This document shows positions 47,019 to 51,816 of a stretch of 51,816 nt of DNA, in pieces. The stretch covers positions 1 through 51,816 of IMG/VR virus record IMGVR_UViG_3300005827_000005; one strand, 5' to 3'. How positions within the stretch are numbered: position 1 is the stretch's first letter; every line of letters begins with the position of its first letter. The DNA comes from a virus. Lineage: Duplodnaviria > Caudoviricetes. The notes below the pieces were generated by a model. It was not told where the DNA came from. It made no database searches and saw only the letters and a program-made list of their open reading frames with translations. The position numbers and the translations under genes are program-made.

Positions 47019-47060
47019 AAATGAAAAATAACAAACGACAAATAAAAAAAGGAAACACGG

Positions 47061-47414
47061 TTGGATAAAATAGTTAGATACACATGTTACGTTTGTGATA
47101 TAAAATACGATTGCAAACCTAAAACATTTCCACCGATGTGGCTGGTTGATTTATATCATGAAGGTGCGCCAAGGTGGTTTTGCAGTGACTATTGTAAATT
47201 TAAATCGGAAAAAGATAACATGATTAAACTAAACGAAGTCTACGTAAATTGTATCGAAGAAGAAGTTGTACCTATCGAGTTTATTACTTTAAAAATAGAC
47301 GGTATATGTCATAATGGAGTTATTTATGAAAAATTTAAAAGAGATGTTTTTAACTGGAAAACTTGCTGTAAATTAAGAGAGTTTCAATATAAATTTAAAC
47401 TGAAAGAAGAATAA
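47061..47414 (+). CDS. TRASH-like Zn-binding protein
   Basis: CYVC...FCSDYC; TTG start, or frameshifted from ATG 47021. Confidence 0.6.
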   Translation: MDKIVRYTCYVCDIKYDCKPKTFPPMWLVDLYHEGAPRWFCSDYCKFKSEKDNMIKLNEVYVNCIEEEVVPIEFITLKIDGICHNGVIYEKFKRDVFNWKTCCKLREFQYKFKLKEE

Positions 47415-47416
47415 AA

Positions 47417-47719
47417 ATGGAAAATAATAAAACTATAATCAACTATGCTTTTGAAGAAAAATACACAGATATTGCAAAAGAACTTTCAAAGATATCTGCA
47501 AATGCTGATATGAAAAATATCGTTCTATCAACACAATTTGAATCATTAAAACTTATAGAAGCTTTGCTTTTAAATATGATTTATTGTTTTAATAGTGATT
47601 TGATACATAATAAAAAATCAGTACCTATGCCTATAAATATGAAAAAGGAATTTATATCATCTGCATTATTAGATGTTAAAAATAATGTATTAGAAGATAT
47701 TGATAAAGGTAGGGTTTAG
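47417..47719 (+). CDS. Hypothetical protein
   Basis: 100-aa helical ORF. Confidence 0.65.
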   Translation: MENNKTIINYAFEEKYTDIAKELSKISANADMKNIVLSTQFESLKLIEALLLNMIYCFNSDLIHNKKSVPMPINMKKEFISSALLDVKNNVLEDIDKGRV

Positions 47720-47852
47720 AATGAAATTAATCATAAATTTACTTACAATCTTTATATTTACAATTGGTATTTTATTTACATTACATATCGCAGTGTACGG
47801 ATTAATAAATCTATTTAAATTATTTAACTCAATATTTATTATTTGGTGAAAA

Positions 47853-48176
47853 ATGGCAACATCTCAAGACCACAACCTACTTGTAAAACAAATTATAATC
47901 GCTATCGGTTCAAGTAAAAATATTCGAGTGTGGCAAAATAATACTGGTTCTATTAAGATACAAAATCGCTTTGTTTCTTTCGGCTTAAAAGGTTCTGCTG
48001 ATATTTTAGGAATCATAAAAGGTGGTACTTTTTTAGCAATTGAAGTTAAAACAGGCAAAGCAAAACAGACAACTGAACAAAAAAACTTTGAATTAATGAT
48101 ATTAAGCTTTGGGGGTATTTATATACTTGCTAATTCTGTAAATGATGTTTATGATCGATTGAATCACCTTATATAA
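47853..48176 (+). CDS. VRR-NUC domain nuclease (Holliday-junction resolvase-like)
   Basis: NNTG, GSADI, AIEVK, EQ..F PD-(D/E)xK motifs. Confidence 0.88.
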   Translation: MATSQDHNLLVKQIIIAIGSSKNIRVWQNNTGSIKIQNRFVSFGLKGSADILGIIKGGTFLAIEVKTGKAKQTTEQKNFELMILSFGGIYILANSVNDVYDRLNHLI

Positions 48177-48241
48177 TTGATAAATGCCTAGAAACTTTAT
48201 TAGTTATTTAATGGTGATTTTCTTTTCTAGGGAGAAAATAA

Positions 48242-50812
48242 ATGTCAATTTTAGATATAAAAGAATTTTGCCACAATAACGATTTCACAGATATTCCTAC
48301 CGATTTAATCCTTGACGGAAACGTACACAGATTTGGAGAGAAAAAAAGACGCTGGTACGTTGGAAAAATAATACACAATGAAAAAGGTAAATCATTATAT
48401 GTTTTTTCGTGTGGTGATTGGCGTGAAGGAAAAATTTTAAAATTCCAACCAAAACATCCTTTAAGTAATTCAGACAAAAAAACATTTAATATTCACCTTG
48501 ACGAACTTTTTGAAAAAAAAAGAAAACAAGAAGCATTAAATCGAATCGAAGCACAGAAAAACGCAAAGAAACTTCTGGATACTGCTATTCCTGATATCTC
48601 AAATTTTCCTTATGTCGTAAGAAAAAAAATAAAAGGAACTTATAACGTATTTTTAATAAACGATATATTTAGTAGTTATATCGCTATCCCGATGTACAAA
48701 GACGATAACTTAGTTGGGCTACAAAGAATCTATGAAGATGGTTCAAAAAAACTTCTTTTTGGTCAAGAGGTAAAAGAAACTTATCATGTTATTGGAAACA
48801 TCACAGAAAATACAGAAGTGTTTTATATGGCTGAAGGTTTCTCAACCGCTGCTAGTATTTATCAAGCGACAAACACGCCTGTAGTTATATGTTTTTTTGC
48901 TAACAATATGTCTACAGTTACAAAGATATTTAGATTAAAGTACCCAAAAGCAAAAATAGTTATTTGTGGTGATGATGATTTTGAGACAAAAGAACGTGCT
49001 GGAAACAAAGCAGCAGAAGAGGCATCAAAAATAACATGTACTGCTCCTATTTTCCCTGTGTTTCAGGATAGAAAAACAAAACAAACTGACTTTAATGATC
49101 TTCATATCGCTGAAGGCCTAGAGGTAATCGCACAACAATTATCACACACTGAAATAGTAGATCAAGGTTTCACAATCCTTGGCGGTTCTAAAAACGGATA
49201 TTATTATTTTATCAACAACTATTCTCGAATGATTATTAGAACATCTTCTTTTAAAATAGAGGAACTTCTAAAAATTGCTAATCTAGATTATTGGGATAGT
49301 ATCTATTCTGACGGAAAGCAAACAGACTGGCAACGCGCTAAGTCTGACCTTATTGAAAAAAGCAACCTGATACCTTACTACAATATTTCCAGACAGCGTG
49401 GAACAGGTGTTTGGCAAGATGAAAATCGGTTTATAATGAATACAGGAAAGTATCTTTTTATTGACGGTGTAAGGGTTTCTCTTTCAAATGTGAAATCAAA
49501 ATATATCTACATCAAATCAGATACTCATATTAACGATGATATACTTGATCTAAAGCTAAAGAATACAGACAGAGAACTGATTCAAAATGTAGTGGATTTG
49601 CTTTCTTTTAAATATGAACATTCAAAATATTTTCTCCTTGGTTGGCTTGCGCTTGCACGAGTGTGTGGTGCGCTTCCAGTTAGACCTAACATTTGGGTTA
49701 CTGGTGGTAGGGGGACTGGTAAATCAACTATCCTTGAAAACTTTTGCCAACCGCTTCTTGGGGATTTTTCTAGCTACAAAAAAATGACTGGCTCCGGAAC
49801 AACCGAAGCTGGTCTTAGATGTTCTGTTGATAGCGATGCAATCCCTGTCATTATAGATGAATTTGAAGTTGAAAACTCTGATTCATTTAAAAAAAACAAC
49901 AATGTGCTGCAAATGATTCGACAAGCTTACTCGGGTGACGGTGGTAAGATCACTAAAGGTACTCAGCAAGGTGGTGTAATTGAGTACAGGTTGATATTTA
50001 GTGTGCTGCTATCATCTATTAGAGTTTCTCTTGAAAACGATTCTGACAAATCTAGATTTACGGTAATTGATTTAGAAAAACCAAACGATTCAAAACAATG
50101 GCAAGACCTTAAAAAAATAATATACAAGATTAAACAAGATGCTGGTGAGCGTTTATTTAGTCACATGTTTAATCACTTGCCAGAAGTCATGAAAAGCTTT
50201 GATATTTTGCAACCTTTGATTGCAGAAATAGCAGACCAACGCTTTGGTCAACAACAAGGCATGTTGCTGGCTGGTTATCATGTAATGATGTGCGGAAAAG
50301 CAATAACAAAAGAAGAGGCTGAAAATCTTCTGAACAAACTTAAATTTAACGAACTAAAAGAAGAAAAAGACACAGATGAAATACCAGATGAATACGAGTT
50401 ACTTGATACTATTCTCACAAGCCTAATAACTCTAAACATCGCTGGCTACTACTCGGAGAATAGAGTTACCATGACTATCAGTGAGTTTATTAATATGCCA
50501 GAAGCTATTGCACCGCTTAAATCATATGGTATTTACTACTCAAAAGAAAAAGGAAAGGTCTACATATCAAACACTCATACAGGTATAAAAGACATTCTAA
50601 AAGGTACAAAATGGGCTTCTAATTGGAAGAAATCTCTTATTAGACTTTCTCGTAATGGAAAATATGAACGTGTTAGATTCGGTTCTTACGCTGTTCATAA
50701 TGCTGTAGGAATAGATTATGCTACAATATTTTCAGTAAACATGCCTGAACCAGAACCGATTAAGAAGAAAACAAAATACGAAGAAATAGATAATGAACCT
50801 TTACCTTTTTAA
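48242..50812 (+). CDS. TOPRIM primase fused to a P-loop (SF3-like) helicase
   Basis: DG.VHRF N-terminus, LQRI, AEGFSTA, CGDDD, TDFNDL; GGRGTGKS Walker A, IIDE Walker B. Confidence 0.9.
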   Translation: MSILDIKEFCHNNDFTDIPTDLILDGNVHRFGEKKRRWYVGKIIHNEKGKSLYVFSCGDWREGKILKFQPKHPLSNSDKKTFNIHLDELFEKKRKQEALNRIEAQKNAKKLLDTAIPDISNFPYVVRKKIKGTYNVFLINDIFSSYIAIPMYKDDNLVGLQRIYEDGSKKLLFGQEVKETYHVIGNITENTEVFYMAEGFSTAASIYQATNTPVVICFFANNMSTVTKIFRLKYPKAKIVICGDDDFETKERAGNKAAEEASKITCTAPIFPVFQDRKTKQTDFNDLHIAEGLEVIAQQLSHTEIVDQGFTILGGSKNGYYYFINNYSRMIIRTSSFKIEELLKIANLDYWDSIYSDGKQTDWQRAKSDLIEKSNLIPYYNISRQRGTGVWQDENRFIMNTGKYLFIDGVRVSLSNVKSKYIYIKSDTHINDDILDLKLKNTDRELIQNVVDLLSFKYEHSKYFLLGWLALARVCGALPVRPNIWVTGGRGTGKSTILENFCQPLLGDFSSYKKMTGSGTTEAGLRCSVDSDAIPVIIDEFEVENSDSFKKNNNVLQMIRQAYSGDGGKITKGTQQGGVIEYRLIFSVLLSSIRVSLENDSDKSRFTVIDLEKPNDSKQWQDLKKIIYKIKQDAGERLFSHMFNHLPEVMKSFDILQPLIAEIADQRFGQQQGMLLAGYHVMMCGKAITKEEAENLLNKLKFNELKEEKDTDEIPDEYELLDTILTSLITLNIAGYYSENRVTMTISEFINMPEAIAPLKSYGIYYSKEKGKVYISNTHTGIKDILKGTKWASNWKKSLIRLSRNGKYERVRFGSYAVHNAVGIDYATIFSVNMPEPEPIKKKTKYEEIDNEPLPF

Positions 50813-50865
50813 AATATAATATTATAGTGCGTTTCATTCTTTATTTAGAAAATTTACTCTAAATC

Positions 50866-50921
50866 AAGCTAGAAGATCAATAGATTTTCTAGCTTTTTTT
50901 CTTAGATTTTCTAGCTTTTTT
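50866..50921 (+). terminator. Terminator between convergent genes with a duplicated right arm
   Basis: AAGCTAGAAGATC/GATTTTCTAGCTT plus T run; TAGATTTTCTAGCTTTTTT occurs at 50881 and 50903. Confidence 0.7.
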
Positions 50922-50922
50922 G

Positions 50923-51168
50923 TTACCAGTCTTTTTCGTTTCTCGGTGGAAAATATGTTGGTTCTTCAAATGAATAAAATTTAAGATCAACATATGGCCT
51001 AGTACCCAAATGAAAAGGTATTGCTCCTGTAGCTCTAAAATGTTCGATTAGTTTTTCTTCTAGAAACTTATCTAAATCAAATGCTTTATCTTTAATTTCA
51101 TAAAACAATGTAGGATGTATGTGTGCTATTACTTTTTTCCTTTTATATTTTTCAATCGATATCATCAT
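50923..51168 (-). CDS. CcdA/RHH-like small DNA-binding protein, paralog 2
   Basis: KVIAHIHPTLF...FDLDKFLEEKLIEHFR; start refined from 51198. Confidence 0.55.
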   Translation of the reverse strand: MMISIEKYKRKKVIAHIHPTLFYEIKDKAFDLDKFLEEKLIEHFRATGAIPFHLGTRPYVDLKFYSFEEPTYFPPRNEKDW

Positions 51169-51463
51169 AACTACTTTCAGGTTCATCTTGAAAATCAAAT
51201 TGTTTAAACTCGTGGAAAAACTCTAAGCGATCATTCATTCTTTTTGGCAAATTATAGTGAAGCATTCCTTTCGATCGAAAAAATTCTACTAATTTAATTT
51301 CAATAAATTTAGTCAAATTGATTCTATTTTCCTGAACTAAGTTGTGCAAATGTTGGTGTATATATATTGTTCTTGGTAGTTTTTTGTACAATTTTCCTTG
51401 CGATTTTTTTTTTATTTCTCTCTTGGGTTTCTTGATAAAAATTTCAGAATTTTCGTTTTGCAT
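51152..51463 (-). CDS. CcdA/RHH-like small DNA-binding protein, paralog 1
   Basis: RTIYIHQHLH...INLTKFIEIKLVEFFR; GAGGAG RBS. Confidence 0.65.
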   Translation of the reverse strand: MQNENSEIFIKKPKREIKKKSQGKLYKKLPRTIYIHQHLHNLVQENRINLTKFIEIKLVEFFRSKGMLHYNLPKRMNDRLEFFHEFKQFDFQDEPESSYDDID

Positions 51464-51816
51464 GTATAATTTCTCCTCTTTTCATGTGAAATTTCTACAT
51501 TAAAAATTTTAAAACAACAACTAAAATAAATAAAAGCAGTTTTTTTACATGTTTTTCTACAACTAAATAGAAAATAAAAGAAACTATATTCTAAATTTTT
51601 GAAACAATTTTGAAAATTTTTTGTTTTATTTTTATAATATCCGGTGTTTTTTTTGCAAAATGTAACACTGCTTTTTAGTCAAAATTGTTGTACTTTATTT
51701 TATTTTTTTCGTGTGTTTTTTTTTGCTGTTTTGTAAGTATCTGATTTTATTATCTCTGTGCATGTGTGTCTGTGTCTAAAGCCAGAAAGGATATATATAT
51801 ATTTACATACGCAAAA
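51464..51816. other. Non-coding AT-rich region, left half of putative origin
   Basis: No ORFs; T tracts; TGTGTCT at 51765 and 51771; (TA)n and terminal As that would join the poly-A at position 1. Confidence 0.55.

Noticed and set aside
50923-51463. Complete toxin-antitoxin module
   Set aside because: Both ORFs are paralogous and antitoxin/RHH-like; there is no toxin motif nearby
1-51816. Alternative genetic code (stop-codon reassignment)
   Set aside because: Long genes are intact and tightly packed under the standard bacterial code; TAA, TAG and TGA all act as stops
1-51816. tRNA, tmRNA, introns or inteins
   Set aside because: No cloverleaf or T-loop motifs seen in the short intergenic gaps; TerL, helicase and primase are uninterrupted (by eye only; tRNAscan and Infernal were not run)

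Overview
This window looks like an essentially complete, very AT-rich tailed phage genome of about 51.8 kb. It is probably circular or circularly permuted and broken at a poly-A tract inside a non-coding, origin-like region. Morphology is siphovirus-type: HK97-family portal, protease and capsid, a 2044-aa tape measure, and no recognisable sheath. Gene order: small early and regulatory genes (0.4-4.8 kb); packaging and head (4.8-13.4 kb); tail with a G/GT -1 frameshift (13.8-28.4 kb); a lipoprotein, holin-like and spanin-like genes, six beta-rich unknowns, a permuted papain-like enzyme and an SLT endolysin (28.4-34.1 kb); a minus-strand cassette with a Lar-like gene and SSB; gp157, RecT-like annealase, SF2 helicase and antirepressor; an accessory island (40.5-47.8 kb); VRR-NUC and a TOPRIM primase-helicase. 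I found no integrase, CI repressor, DNA polymerase, tRNA, CRISPR array or reverse transcriptase. The accessory island is the most interesting part. It carries a PspA/IM30 (ESCRT-III-like) plus vWA gene pair, a clear Tad1-like nucleotide sponge, two Tad2-like paralogs with near-identical DNA ends around unrelated middles, and short repeats at gene junctions that suggest cassette shuffling. The host is probably a diderm (lipoprotein, SLT, IHF-like site), but this is inference. All family calls come from motif recognition by eye, not database searches.
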